DNA of 64,000 nt from an uncultured Acidobacteriota bacterium (GTDB lineage Bacteria > Actinomycetota > Acidimicrobiia > Spongiisociales > ZC4RG35). Each line of letters opens with the position of its first letter. The first letter of the stretch is position 1. The notes below the pieces were generated by a model that ran no database searches, was not told where the DNA came from, and saw only the letters and a program-made list of their open reading frames with translations. The DNA lies in contig CAWHEU010000004.1 in NCBI GenBank assembly GCA_963828465.1, positions 64,001 through 128,000 of the forward strand. Reading direction: 5' to 3'. This document shows, in pieces, positions 8,841 through 20,000 of this stretch. Both the position numbers and the translations under genes were made by a program.

Positions 8841-10210
8841 GTGCTTGCCTGGCCCGCGAGGAAGTCGCGGTACCAGGCTCCGCTCGCTTTGATCGTTCGG
8901 CTCATCGTCTCGAAATCGACCCTGACGATCCCGAAACGCTTGTCATAGCCACGGGCCCATTCGAAGTTGTCCATGAGGGACCAGAGGAAATAGCCCCGCA
9001 CATCGACACCCCGATCGACCGCGGTCTTGATCGCGTCGATATGTTGCCGGACGTAGTTGGTGCGATCCGGGTCGTCGATCGATCCGTCGGAACCCACCAC
9101 ATCGACATAGGCGGCGCCGTTCTCACAGATCACCAGCGGCAAGCCGGGGTTCTCGCTGCCGATGCGCTCCAGCATCCAGGTCAGGCCTTCGGGCTCGACT
9201 CCCCAGTTCATCTCGGTCAGTTTCCCAGGCGCTCGAACCACCCTGGCCCCCCAAGATCCGGGCCAGGGAGCCATCGACTCGGCCCCACCCACATGCTCGA
9301 TGTGGTTGACGTTGTAATAGTTGACCCCGAGGAAATCGATCGGCTGCCGGCGAGCGGCGAGCTCATCGATGTCTATCGCCTGGGACACCCCGTACCGCTC
9401 GAACACCGACAGGATCTCGTCTGGATAGCGGGCGTGGATCACCGCATCCGCGAACAGCCGGTTCTGGACCAGGTCGACAGCCGCGGCTGCCGCCCGATCC
9501 TCATCGGTGTCGTTCTGGGGCCAGGCGGGGATGAGATTGAGCACGATGCCTAGCCGGTCGTCCTCCCGTGGAGCTGTCTCCCGCATCGCCCTGATCGCCG
9601 AGTGATGGGCCAGCATCAGGTGATGAGCCACCCTGAGAGATCCTGGGGTGTCGGTGATCCCCGGGGCATGCTCCCCCGAGCTGTGCCCGAGGAAGGCGAC
9701 GCACCAGGGCTCGTTGAGCGTCACCCAGGTGTTGACCATGTCACCCAGGGCGTCCTTGGCCACGCGGGCGTACTCGGTAAACCAGGCAACCGACTCGGGG
9801 TTGAGCCAGCCGCCCCGGTCCTGCAGGGCCTGGGGCAGGTCCCAGTGATAGAGCGTGGCAACCGGAGTGATCCCGGCCCCGGCCAACTCCTTGCAAAGCC
9901 GGCGATAGAAGTCGACGCCGGCCTGATTTACTCGACCGGTCCCATCGGGCAGCAGACGTGGCCACGCGATCGAGAACCTGTAGGCATTGACCCCGAGCTC
10001 AGACATGAGGGCGACGTCCTCGGCGTATCGGTGGTAATGATCCACCGCACGATCGCCGGTTTCCCCGTTGCTCGTGTTGCCCGGGGTGTGGGCGAATGTG
10101 TCCCAGATAGACGGAGCCCGTCCGTCTTCGGCCACGGCACCCTCGATCTGATACGAGGCCGTGGCCACACCCCACAGGAACCCAGGGGGGAACTGCGACA
10201 AAGATGCCAT
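8837..10210 (-). CDS. GH1 beta-glucosidase
   Basis: FLWGVATASYQIEG, TLNEP (acid/base), ICENG (nucleophile), WSLMDNFEW. Confidence 0.95.
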   Translation of the reverse strand: MASLSQFPPGFLWGVATASYQIEGAVAEDGRAPSIWDTFAHTPGNTSNGETGDRAVDHYHRYAEDVALMSELGVNAYRFSIAWPRLLPDGTGRVNQAGVDFYRRLCKELAGAGITPVATLYHWDLPQALQDRGGWLNPESVAWFTEYARVAKDALGDMVNTWVTLNEPWCVAFLGHSSGEHAPGITDTPGSLRVAHHLMLAHHSAIRAMRETAPREDDRLGIVLNLIPAWPQNDTDEDRAAAAAVDLVQNRLFADAVIHARYPDEILSVFERYGVSQAIDIDELAARRQPIDFLGVNYYNVNHIEHVGGAESMAPWPGSWGARVVRAPGKLTEMNWGVEPEGLTWMLERIGSENPGLPLVICENGAAYVDVVGSDGSIDDPDRTNYVRQHIDAIKTAVDRGVDVRGYFLWSLMDNFEWARGYDKRFGIVRVDFETMSRTIKASGAWYRDFLAGQAST

Positions 10211-10233
10211 CTGGCGCTGCTTCCTTTCTCTAC

Positions 10234-11313
10234 CTACTTCTGGACACCGGAGAGATCGATGCCCTTCAGAAACACTCTTTGGGCGAAGAGGAAGACCATC
10301 ACCGGGATGATCAGGGCCAGCATGGCGCCCGACTGGACGAGGCTGGGGGTGTCGTCGTAGAGCGTGTTGAAAGTGCGCAGGCCCACCGCAATCGGCTGCA
10401 ATTCCGGTCGTGCCGAGAGATAGATCAAGGGCTCGAAGAAGTCATTCCAGGCGAAGTAGAAATGAAAGAGGGATACAGCAACGATCGGGGCCTTCATCTG
10501 CGGGAGGAGGACCGACCACAGAGTGCGAAACGGCCCAGCCCCGTCGATGGTGGCTGCTTCGTCGAGCTCTCTGGGGATGGTGAGGAAATACTGTCTGAGC
10601 AGGAACACGTTGAAGGCGTTGGCGAAGAAGTGGGGAACGATCAACGGCAGCCATGTGCCCACCCATCCGATGCGGAGGAAGAGCGTGTAGGTGGGAACAA
10701 GCGTGGCGTAACGAGGGAGGATGATCGTGGCGATCAGCACCACCATGATCGACCTGCCGAACGGCACGTGGAAGCGGGCCAACCCGTAGGCGACCAGGAT
10801 GGAGGACCCGACCGCCCCTATCGTCCCCAGTCCGGCGATGACCAGCGTGTTCCTCAGCAGGAGCGGGAAGTCCATCAAGTCCCAGGCTTGGCTGTAGTTC
10901 TGCCATTGCGGGTCGAACGCGTACGCGGGCTCGAGCAACCTCCAGTTGCCTTCCCACTCGATAGGCCCAGCCGATGGATCGGCGGGGTCGATGAATTGCG
11001 ACGTCTGCCGCCCCGGCTGGAGCATCGCCAGCTCTCGTTCCGTGCCATCGGGCATGGGAACGGTGTAGATGTCGAGTTGTTCGCCCTCGTACTCGAAGGT
11101 GGCTGCCGACTGGGGAAGGATCGGACCCTCGAAGTCGGAGAGCATCTGCTCGGACTTGAGCGAAGTGACTGCCATGTATCCGAGGGGAAGAAGGAACACG
11201 AACAGGACCAACCCGGTGATCCCGGTCAACATCCAGCCCTGGAGGCGCCTCTTCCGGGGACGACCGGCAGTGGGGGTGGTCGAGGTGCTCTCGCGCTCCA
11301 GGGTCGCAGTCAT
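10234..11313 (-). CDS. Carbohydrate ABC permease (MalG-like)
   Basis: EAA loop ELDEAATIDGA; WNDFFEPL. Confidence 0.92.
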   Translation of the reverse strand: MTATLERESTSTTPTAGRPRKRRLQGWMLTGITGLVLFVFLLPLGYMAVTSLKSEQMLSDFEGPILPQSAATFEYEGEQLDIYTVPMPDGTERELAMLQPGRQTSQFIDPADPSAGPIEWEGNWRLLEPAYAFDPQWQNYSQAWDLMDFPLLLRNTLVIAGLGTIGAVGSSILVAYGLARFHVPFGRSIMVVLIATIILPRYATLVPTYTLFLRIGWVGTWLPLIVPHFFANAFNVFLLRQYFLTIPRELDEAATIDGAGPFRTLWSVLLPQMKAPIVAVSLFHFYFAWNDFFEPLIYLSARPELQPIAVGLRTFNTLYDDTPSLVQSGAMLALIIPVMVFLFAQRVFLKGIDLSGVQK

Positions 11314-11317
11314 CGTC

Positions 11318-12277
11318 TCATCCCTCGAACTCGTAGTGGACCCAGTACTTGGCCGACCAGAAAAGGGCCCCCGTCGTCAACACCGCGACGATGAACAGCG
11401 CCCAAGCCAATGTCGCCGCGTACCCCATGTTGAAAAACTGGAACCCGGTCCTGAAGAAATAGAGGGCAAAGAACTGGGTCGCCCCGTTGGGGGCGCCGCT
11501 GCCGTTGTTGAGGACGAAGGGGACGAGGAAGTAACCGAAGATCCCGATCAGGGTGATGACCAGGTTGTAGAAGATGATCGGGGTGATGAATGGGATGGTG
11601 ATGTGCCGGAAGGAGCCCCACTCCCCGGCGCCGTCGATGCGGGCCGCGGCATAGAGGTCTTCCGGGACCCCTTTCATGGCGGCAATGAAGATGAGGACGG
11701 CATTCCCCACCGCCCAGAGACCGATGAACACCAGGGAGGGGTAGATCCAGAACTCATCGTGGAACCAGTCCGGCCCGTCGATACCGAAAATGGCGAGGAT
11801 CTTGTTCACCCAGCCTATTTGCCCATTGAAGACCCCGTTGAAGATGAGGACCGCGGCCACGAAGGGGATGATCGACGGCATGTAGAAGAGGGCCCGGAAT
11901 GTCTCCCGCCCCTTGAGGGACCTGCTGACCAGGAGATATGCGATTGCCATCGGGAACAGAATCGCGAAGGGGAGGGCGATCGCCCCGAACTTGAGGGTTA
12001 CCAAGACCGACTGGTGAACGTCGGCGTCGTTGAACATCCTGACCCAGTTCTCCAGCCCGATGAATTGCATCGGCTCGTCACTCACCAGGTCGTAGTCGGT
12101 GAACGAGAACCAGAGGGAGGCCGCCATCGGGATCGCGTACCAGAGGAAGAACCCGAGTATCCAGGGCATGACGAACCAAATCCCGGCTCGGCCCCGTCTC
12201 CTTGCCAGGGATGATCTCCTGGGCCGAGAGGGAGCGGCCGGGTGCTCGGCCGCTCCCTCATCGACGATCACAGTCAT
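11318..12277 (-). CDS. Carbohydrate ABC permease (MalF-like)
   Basis: LYAAARIDGAG loop, multiple TM segments; start re-set to MTVIVDE. Confidence 0.9.
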   Translation of the reverse strand: MTVIVDEGAAEHPAAPSRPRRSSLARRRGRAGIWFVMPWILGFFLWYAIPMAASLWFSFTDYDLVSDEPMQFIGLENWVRMFNDADVHQSVLVTLKFGAIALPFAILFPMAIAYLLVSRSLKGRETFRALFYMPSIIPFVAAVLIFNGVFNGQIGWVNKILAIFGIDGPDWFHDEFWIYPSLVFIGLWAVGNAVLIFIAAMKGVPEDLYAAARIDGAGEWGSFRHITIPFITPIIFYNLVITLIGIFGYFLVPFVLNNGSGAPNGATQFFALYFFRTGFQFFNMGYAATLAWALFIVAVLTTGALFWSAKYWVHYEFEG

Positions 12278-12294
12278 GCGATCGACCCTAACCG

Positions 12295-13767
12295 TCAGCC
12301 TTCGGCGTTCTCGGCGAAGATCGCGCTCAGGTCGCTTTCCACCTGGGCGATCTCGGCATCCAGATCGATATCTGGATTGGACAGGAGCCCGGTTTCGAGC
12401 TCCTTGAGCCGGATCTTGTACTCCGACCATCCGGGGAGGAAGGTCTCGTGGCTCGGGTTGTCCGCATAGTTGGCTCCATCGAGGATGGTCTGCCAGTTGA
12501 CCCCTTGCGGGTACCTCTCATCTTGGGCTGCCAGGTAAGCGTCCATCAGCGCCGGGTCCGCCGGCGCTGCACCGTAGGCCGTCAGCAGGTCCAGAGCCGC
12601 CTCGGTGAGGAGGTAGTACATGGCCGTGAACGCCTCTTCAGGATGCTCGGTCGAGTCCAGGATGCGGAAGGTGTCCGCATGCAGGTTGGCCGTGACCACC
12701 CCCTCATTGGAAGGCATGACCCCGTAGTCCCAGAAGTCTCCGGCAATGGTGTCGCTCTGAATGCAGCACGTGTACCAGAGGTGAGTCGCCGCCATTGCTA
12801 TGTTCCCGCCCTGGAACAGGTTGTCGCCCGCATCCAATACGGTCTGGTCTGGTGAGATGCCTCGCTCCCACACGTTGGCGTGGAACCACTTCCACTCCTC
12901 TTCCCAGATCGCCGGGATGTCGGCTGTGCCGTCATCCGCCATCGGGTAACCGGCGCCCCAGAACGACCCGTTCTGGAAGAGACCGGTGGTGAACTGCCAG
13001 TGGAAGCCCCACTGGGTCGCAGTCGTGCGGTCGAAGGCGGGATCCGTGGCGTCCACCCCGTTGCCATCGACGGTCAGGATCTCGGCGATCTCCTGGACCT
13101 TGGCCCAGTCCCAGGTTCCCTCGTATTCCGTGCCCTCACCGTAGACAGTCACGCCATCCGGCCCATACTCCTGTGGCGGTTCGGGCAGACCGGCCTCCGC
13201 GAAGAGGTCCCGGTTGAAATAGATGGCCGACGGGAAGGATCCGAACGGGAGACCCACCAAGGTCCCGTCGGCTTCCCGCTGGTTGTCCACGGCGGCGGTC
13301 GCCCATTGTGAGGTCTCCACCCCGGTCGACTCGATCAACGGCTCGATGTCCAGGTAGAGCCCGGCGAACCCATTCGAGCCGTCGCGGCCTACCGGACCGA
13401 TGATGTCCGGGGCGTCGCCCGTCGCGATCTGGTTTGCCAGGGTCGTGTATGCGACGTCGTAGTCGACGATCTCGAGCACGAGCTCGATCTCATCCTGCGA
13501 CTCGTTGAAAGCGGCAACGACCTCCTCTTGAGCCGCCTTCTGCTCCGGCTGATCCCCGGCGCCGAGCCCGACGAACCACCTAATCTCAACTGCCTCGCCG
13601 GACGGTGCCGCGGTAGTCGCCGCCGCAGCCGCCGTGGTAGTGGGCTCCTCGGAAGCGGCCGCCGTGGTACTGGAACCACCGGATTCACCGGATTCACCGG
13701 TACCACCACACGCGGCAAGGATCAAGAGGAGCACCACCACGAGGGCGGTACTCTTGGATTTCTTCAT
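12295..13767 (-). CDS. Sugar ABC solute-binding lipoprotein
   Basis: Lipobox LAAC, Thr/Ala linker, APDII, YFNRDLFAEAG. Confidence 0.92.
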   Translation of the reverse strand: MKKSKSTALVVVLLLILAACGGTGESGESGGSSTTAAASEEPTTTAAAAATTAAPSGEAVEIRWFVGLGAGDQPEQKAAQEEVVAAFNESQDEIELVLEIVDYDVAYTTLANQIATGDAPDIIGPVGRDGSNGFAGLYLDIEPLIESTGVETSQWATAAVDNQREADGTLVGLPFGSFPSAIYFNRDLFAEAGLPEPPQEYGPDGVTVYGEGTEYEGTWDWAKVQEIAEILTVDGNGVDATDPAFDRTTATQWGFHWQFTTGLFQNGSFWGAGYPMADDGTADIPAIWEEEWKWFHANVWERGISPDQTVLDAGDNLFQGGNIAMAATHLWYTCCIQSDTIAGDFWDYGVMPSNEGVVTANLHADTFRILDSTEHPEEAFTAMYYLLTEAALDLLTAYGAAPADPALMDAYLAAQDERYPQGVNWQTILDGANYADNPSHETFLPGWSEYKIRLKELETGLLSNPDIDLDAEIAQVESDLSAIFAENAEG

Positions 13768-13880
13768 TGCTTTCCTTCTCCTCCTTCGGCCCCGGCTATT
13801 TCAACGGCCGCCTGGCCGTTGTGGTCCTGCACCGGGGACAGGCAGGACCTCCTTCTTCGGGCTATCCCCGCTACTTCGGT

Positions 13881-14888
13881 CTATCCCGATAGACCTCCAA
13901 CCGTCGATTGCCTGATGACCAACTCGGTTGGAAGAAGCACTCGCCGCGGCCCACCCTCAGGATTCTCCAGAAGGCTGAGGAGGGCAGAGGCCGACTCGAT
14001 GCCCTGGGCGTGCACGCCCTGACGGATCGTGGTCAGCGGAGGATCGAGCTCAGATGCGCCGGGGAGATCATCGAACCCGGCCAGCGCCACGTCCCTCGGA
14101 ACGATCAGACCGGCTGCCCTGATCGCCTCCATTGCCCCACTTGCCGTGGCGTCGTTCGCGCAAAAGATGGCATCGACCCCAAGTTCGAGCACCTTCGCTG
14201 CGGCCTCGATACCGGTTGGGCGGGTGAAGTCACCCTCCACCACCAAGAGTTCGGGGTCGAGGCCGGCACGCTGCATCGCCCGTCGGTACCCGGTCAGACG
14301 GTCCTCGCCGGCCACACTGCCCAGACGGCCCGTGATGTGGCCGACACGGGTCCGGCCGAGGTCGATGAGGTGGGTCGTGACCGTGTCGGCGGCACCAATG
14401 TTGTCGATATCGACATAGCTGGCGGTCAGATCAGAGCGCCGATGACCGATGAGGACGGTGGGAAGGTCCGAGGCGAGCAGGCCATCGACCAGGGGATCAT
14501 CGAGGTTGTCTGCAGACACGATGACTCCATCCATGAGGCCGGTGCCGAGGATCCGGTCCAGGGTCTCTTCCTTGCTCCGGTTGCCCAGCCACAACATCAT
14601 CCCGCTCGCCCGATCGGCGAGCACGTCACTCACTCCGTGGAGCAGGGCCACGAAATAGGAGTCTTCGAAGAGGACAGGTGGGGCGACATGCATGACAACG
14701 CCCACCACCCCGGTGCGCCCCGACGCCAGGGAGCGGGCGGCGAGGTTTGGTCGATAGTTGGTGCCCTCGATCACCTCGAGGACACGTCGTCTGGTCGCTT
14801 CGGAGACCGATCCCCCGTTGATTACCCGGGAGACGGTGGCACGCGAAACACCGCTGAGTTCGGCCAAGTCGTCGAGCGTCCGCGCCAT
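13881..14888 (-). CDS. LacI family transcriptional regulator
   Basis: TLDDLAELSGVSRATVSRVIN..YRPNLAARSL..GFDD..PPLTTIRQ. Confidence 0.95.
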   Translation of the reverse strand: MARTLDDLAELSGVSRATVSRVINGGSVSEATRRRVLEVIEGTNYRPNLAARSLASGRTGVVGVVMHVAPPVLFEDSYFVALLHGVSDVLADRASGMMLWLGNRSKEETLDRILGTGLMDGVIVSADNLDDPLVDGLLASDLPTVLIGHRRSDLTASYVDIDNIGAADTVTTHLIDLGRTRVGHITGRLGSVAGEDRLTGYRRAMQRAGLDPELLVVEGDFTRPTGIEAAAKVLELGVDAIFCANDATASGAMEAIRAAGLIVPRDVALAGFDDLPGASELDPPLTTIRQGVHAQGIESASALLSLLENPEGGPRRVLLPTELVIRQSTVGGLSG

Positions 14889-14907
14889 CCGTTGAGCCTC
14901 ATCCCTC

Positions 14908-14921
14908 TGAGAGCGCTCTCA
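14908..14921. promoter_or_regulatory. LacI-type operator (CebR-box-like)
   Basis: Perfect palindrome TGAGAGCGCTCTCA immediately downstream of a minus-strand TTGACA-18-TATGTT promoter (14951-14922). Confidence 0.8.
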
Positions 14922-14982
14922 AACATACCGGCCATCAGTAGGCGCTGTCAATCAAAAGTGGGGATCAATTTGCCAGAAGTTT

Positions 14983-14996
14983 GGAAAGCGCTTTCA
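14983..14996. promoter_or_regulatory. Second LacI-type operator
   Basis: GGAAAGCGCTTTCA with palindromic core GAAAGCGCTTTC, 75 bp from the first. Confidence 0.6.
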
Positions 14997-16223
14997 GGAC
15001 GAGGGCTTCCAGGTCTGGTAATGGCGCCGGGCACAGGCCTCCGGGTCCTCGTAGTACTGGTCGGGGGTGACGTCGAGAGTCACGGTCTTCACCGGAGCCC
15101 GGATCGTGGGAGCGGTAGCGGCGAATCTCCGAATCACCTCGGCGTGCGGCTTGAGGGTGCCATCGGGTCGCACCAGGCCGAAGTGGCGCTCGTGCTTGGC
15201 CCCGCCGTCGTCGCACGGGGGCCGGTCCCAGAGGTCGGGGTGATAATCGGCGAAACACCACATGAAGGCGCCACTCGCCCCGACATCGACCAACCGGGGC
15301 AGCACCGATTCGACGTAGTCGGCGAACGCCTCCTCCCCGGCCATGAACTGGGTCCTCGACGATCCGTAAGCAGTCCAGGACCAGGTCGTGGAGCCGGCAG
15401 TGTCGGGTGAGGTGCAGCCACCCCACTCCTCGGCCAGGCACGGCTTACCGGTGAGCGCGGTGACCAGCGCACAGAGATAGGGGACGAAGTCCGGGTCGAG
15501 TGGGTCACGTGCCCAATCGACATACATCGGGTAGCCGTGCATCACCGCGACATCGCTCTCGCTGAACACATGGTCGACACGGAGCCCGTTGTCGGCGAAG
15601 AGACTGGCCGTGTGCAGGCCCGTCGTGACCGGGTGGTCGGGGTCGATCTCTTTGACCAGTTGAGTCATCTCCCTGACCCAGGATCGGCCCGCAGCAGCAT
15701 CGCGGGGGTGGGCAAACAAATCGGGCTCGTTCCCCAGGTTCCACATCCAGACCCCGGCGTGGGAGCGGTACTCGCCGACGACCGTCTCGAGGAGCAGACG
15801 ACCCGCATCGAGGGCGGCCCGGTCGTGGAACATGTTCCGATACGACGTGTCTACGACCACTCCCCCGCTGACCACCTGACGGACGTGTGGGGACGGGTGC
15901 CCGGCCACAGATGGATCCAGGAGCCATCCCGGCGACCAGTTGGGCCCGCTCATGTGACCGGTGAAGAAGGTCACATCCAGAGCCAGCCCTCGCCCGGCAG
16001 CGAGGTCCAAGACCACGCCGAGGTCGCGAAGACGTTCGGGCGAGACCGCGTCGGCTGAAGGCTGCCAATCGTCCCAGAGCAGGAAGATCCGCACCACGGA
16101 CATGCCCAGCGACTCGATCACATCGAACTCTTCTGCCACTTCGCCCCGGTCGAAATCAGACCACCAGTACATCGCCTTGGCCCGCGGCCAGTAGTTGACA
16201 CCGAGGGGGAAAGGGTCGCCCAT
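14994..16223 (-). CDS. Clan GH-A glycoside hydrolase, GH5-like (possible beta-mannosidase)
   Basis: LGVNYWP, RIFLLWDDWQP, WNLGNEP, AEEWG, WCFADY, HERHFG; no signal peptide. Confidence 0.8.
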   Translation of the reverse strand: MGDPFPLGVNYWPRAKAMYWWSDFDRGEVAEEFDVIESLGMSVVRIFLLWDDWQPSADAVSPERLRDLGVVLDLAAGRGLALDVTFFTGHMSGPNWSPGWLLDPSVAGHPSPHVRQVVSGGVVVDTSYRNMFHDRAALDAGRLLLETVVGEYRSHAGVWMWNLGNEPDLFAHPRDAAAGRSWVREMTQLVKEIDPDHPVTTGLHTASLFADNGLRVDHVFSESDVAVMHGYPMYVDWARDPLDPDFVPYLCALVTALTGKPCLAEEWGGCTSPDTAGSTTWSWTAYGSSRTQFMAGEEAFADYVESVLPRLVDVGASGAFMWCFADYHPDLWDRPPCDDGGAKHERHFGLVRPDGTLKPHAEVIRRFAATAPTIRAPVKTVTLDVTPDQYYEDPEACARRHYQTWKPSS

Positions 16224-16232
16224 CTGCGCCGC

Positions 16233-16737
16233 TCATTTGTCTTCGTCCTGCAACGCATCGAGGACCAATGCCACCGACTCTTCCACCGATCGATCACCCG
16301 TGTCGACCACGACATCAGCGATCTCCCTGAACAGTCGGTCTCGATTCTCCAGATGCTCCGATTGCCGGACCGGTCGGCGATGCGATCCGCGTGCCGATCG
16401 CTCGGCCAGGATGCGAGGGTCGGCTGTCACCCAGACACAGAACGCCCGGGCGAGGTCGTCACGCACGTCGGGCGTCTTCGATCACAGAAGCCGCCGCGGC
16501 GATCACTGCCGGCTGCTCAACGGAGAGCGAATCGATGAGGACTTCCTTCTCGCGGCGGTGCAATGCATCGACACCATCGGTCTCGGCGATCTCACGACCT
16601 GACCGCCCGGTTTGGGTCTCGATCGATCGGTCGGAGTCGTGGAAGATTCGGCCAAGGGCCACGGCCAGCCTCTCGCCTACCGTGGTCTTGCCAGAGCCCA
16701 TGGCCCCAATGACCACGATGTGCTCAGCCTCGGGCAA
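16233..16737 (-). CDS. aroK: Shikimate kinase-like protein, single-base frameshift near 16470
   Basis: GAMGSGKTT..DSD in ORF 16459-16791 continues as VRDDLARAFCVWVTAD..HRRP in ORF 16233-16466. Confidence 0.7.
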
Positions 16738-17035
16738 GGGCGCTCTCGATCCACTCGACGAGGGACTCCTCGCCGGCAACCGAGGCACCATCGACCATCA
16801 CCCAGCCTGGCACGGGCAGATCGGCGAACAGCAGCGGACGGACTCCATCTCCGGCCAAGAACTCCTCCCACTCATCCCTGCCAACGTTGACACAGAGATC
16901 GTCGTCCATCACTGCGACCACGAGCTGGCCATCGACGAAGTAGCCGTCACCGTCGAGCACCCTTCCTTCGGTCAGTTCCCCACGCCCACGGAGGTGCGTC
17001 TCAATCCGGCCGAGGAGGTCGTCGTGCGGGCTCAA
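16724..17035 (-). CDS. TfoX N-terminal-like small protein
   Basis: GYFVDGQLVVAV..GWVMV..LVEWIESAL pattern. Confidence 0.55.
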   Translation of the reverse strand: MSPHDDLLGRIETHLRGRGELTEGRVLDGDGYFVDGQLVVAVMDDDLCVNVGRDEWEEFLAGDGVRPLLFADLPVPGWVMVDGASVAGEESLVEWIESALARG

Positions 17036-20000
17036 CCGGCAGCTGGGACCTCGGTCACTTCGATCCCAACCGGCTTCCGTGGTGGCGCCGATGCCGAGAT
17101 CACCCAGAAGGCGCCTTGCTGGCGATTCCAGTCGTCGAGGATCTGCTCGGCGACCGGACTAGCCGTGCAGCGCAGGTGAGTGTCGATGAGAGTGCGGATG
17201 TCGGCCAGATCCGCGTCCAGCGGCCGTCGGGCGGAAGGAGCAGTGTCGGCCAACAGGGCCTTGAGGCTGAGATCCGGGTCCCAGACATACGCCACCCCGC
17301 CGGTCATCCCGGCGGCGAAGTTGCGCCCGACGTCGCCGATCACCAGCACCTTGCCCCCGGTCATGTACTCACAACCGTGATCGGAGCAACCCTCGATCAC
17401 CGCAGTCGCACCGGAGTTGCGAACTGCAAATCTCTGTCCGACCCGTCCGGCCAGGAAGGCGCGGCCCCCGGTAGCGCCATAGAGCACCGCATTCCCGGCA
17501 GCGTGTGGGGCGGACCCGCTCGGGCGCCGGGGCGAGACCGAGATCAGGCCGCCGCCCATCCCTTTGCCCAGATAATCGTTGGAGGTTCCCTCGAGATGGA
17601 ATTCCACCCCGTTGCACAGCCAGGCACCGAAGCTCTGCCCGGCGGTCCCGGCGAACTTGACCACGATCGTGCTCTCAGGGAGGGCATCGCTCCCGTGGCG
17701 GGCGGTTATATCACCCGAGAGCCGGGCGCCGATGGCCCGGTCGACATTGCGGATCGGGTAGGAGAGCTCGACAGGTCGCTGAGTAGCAATTGCCTCCTGG
17801 CTGTCTGCCACCAGGCGAACGGAAAGACGTGAAAGCGGTAGCTTCCGGTAGCCCTCGTGGACCTTTCCACCCTTGGATGCGATCAGCATGGCGGATAGAT
17901 CGGCGGAGAGCGGATGCTGAGGATCGATCGGGCGCAGCAGGTCGGCGCGACCCACCAGGTCGGCGATCGATCGGGCCCCGAGTGAAGCCATGTGACGGCG
18001 TGCCTCTTCGGCCAGGCGGCGGAAGAGAAGGACGACCTGATCGGCCGAGCCGGTGAACTTCGCCCTCAGGTCCTCCTGTTGGGTGGCGATGCCGACCGGG
18101 CAGGTGTTGAGGTGGCACTGGCGGACCATCTTGCAACCCATGGCGAGTAGCGGGAGGGTCCCGAAGCCGAAGCGCTCCGCCCCGAGCAGCGCGGCAACGA
18201 TGATGTCGCGCCCGGTGCGCAGCCCTCCGTCGGTCTCCAGCAGCACCCGAGAGCGAAGGCCGTTGGCGGTGAGCACCTGGTGCGCCTCGGCCAGACCTAG
18301 CTCCCATGGCGAGCCGGCATGCTTGATCGAGACGAGTGGAGAGGCTCCGGTGCCTCCCTCTGACCCAGAGATGGTGATCACATCGGCGTCAGCCTTGGCG
18401 ACTCCGACGGCGATCGTGCCCACCCCGGGCTCGCTCACCAGCTTCACCGAGACGAGCGCGGTCGGCTTGAACGCCTTCAGGTCGTAGATGAGCTCGGCGA
18501 GGTCTTCGATCGAGTAAATGTCGTGATGCGGGGGCGGCGAGATGAGGGTGACACCCGGCTCGGTATAACGGAGACGGGCGATCTCGGGAGACACCTTGTG
18601 GCCGGGAAGCTGGCCCCCTTCGCCGGGCTTGGAGCCCTGGGCCATCTTGATCTGCAGCTCGTCGGCGGAATGCAGATAGGCGGGAGTGACCCCGAATCGG
18701 CCTGATGCGACCTGTTTGATCGCCGAGTTCATCGGCGTGCCGAACCGGGCGGGGTCCTCCCCTCCCTCACCGGAATTCGAGTGCCCGCCGATCAGGTTCA
18801 TCGCCTCGGCCAGTGCAACGTGGGCTTCGGCCGATAGAGCGCCGTGCGACATCGCAGCCGTCGTGAACCGCCGCATGATCGCCTCGACCGGCTCCACCTC
18901 CTCCATCGGGACCGGGTTCCGCTGCACGAAGGCGAGGAGATCGCGCACCAACGCAGGATCGCGATCCGAGATCATTTCGATGTACTTGTCCCAGTCCTCA
19001 GGGTCACCCGATCGGACCGCCTTCTGCACTCCGAGGACGACCATCGGGCTGGTGACGTGGGTGTCCGAGCCGCGGCGGTGCTTGTAGAACCCGCCTGGAT
19101 CCGGGACGCTCGCGGTGTAGCCCTCATGACGCAACAGCGCCTGCCGGGCCAGTTCCTTGATCCCAACGCCCCGGAGACGGCGCGGAGCGTTGCGGAACGC
19201 CTTGCGGCAGACCTGCTCGGAGAGCCCGATCGCCTCGAAGAGCTCAGAGCCGCGGTAGGCAGACAACGTGCAGATCCCCATCTTGGACATGATCTTGAGC
19301 AGGCCACCCTCCATGGCAGCCCGGAAGTTCTCCTGGGCTGCCACCGGGTCGACGTCGATGGCGCCCGAGGCGGCGAGGTCGCCGGGCGTGCTCGATGGCC
19401 AGGTACGGGTTCACCGCCGACGCCCCGAACCCAACCATGCAGGCCAGGTCGTGGGGGTCTCGTGGCTCCCCCGACACAACCACCAGCGACACCGAACCCC
19501 GCACCCCCTCGTCGATCAAACGGTGATGGACTGCTCCCAGAGCCAGGAGCATCGGTATCGGCGCCCTGGTGGCCTCCGTCTCCCGATCGGAAAGCACGAT
19601 GATCGTCGCCCCCAACTTCACCGCCTGGGTGGCTTCCTCACAGATCTCGTCGAGCCGGCGCTCCATGCCCTCGGGCCCGTCGGCCACAGCCCACGTGGTG
19701 GCGATCCAATGCGAGAAGAAGCGGGCGTCCCCGGAGCGGACGATCGACTCCAGCTCGGCATCGGACAGGATCGGGCTGGACAGCTCGATGAGATGGGCTT
19801 GCTGCGGGCGGTCCTCGAGGAGCGGACCGCGTCGCCCGAGCTGGATGCGGAGAGACATGACCAGCTTCTCCCGGATCGGGTCCATGGGCGGGTTGGTCAC
19901 CTGGGCGAACTGCTCGTGGAAGAACTGGGTCAGACGACGTGGCTTGGTGGCCAGAACGGCGAGCCCGGTGTCATCACCCATGGAGCCGAGCGGATTGTCG

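Noticed and set aside
13660-13705. Short repeat GGATTCACC in the binding-protein gene
   Set aside because: Encodes a GES-GES linker; no spacer structure, not CRISPR.
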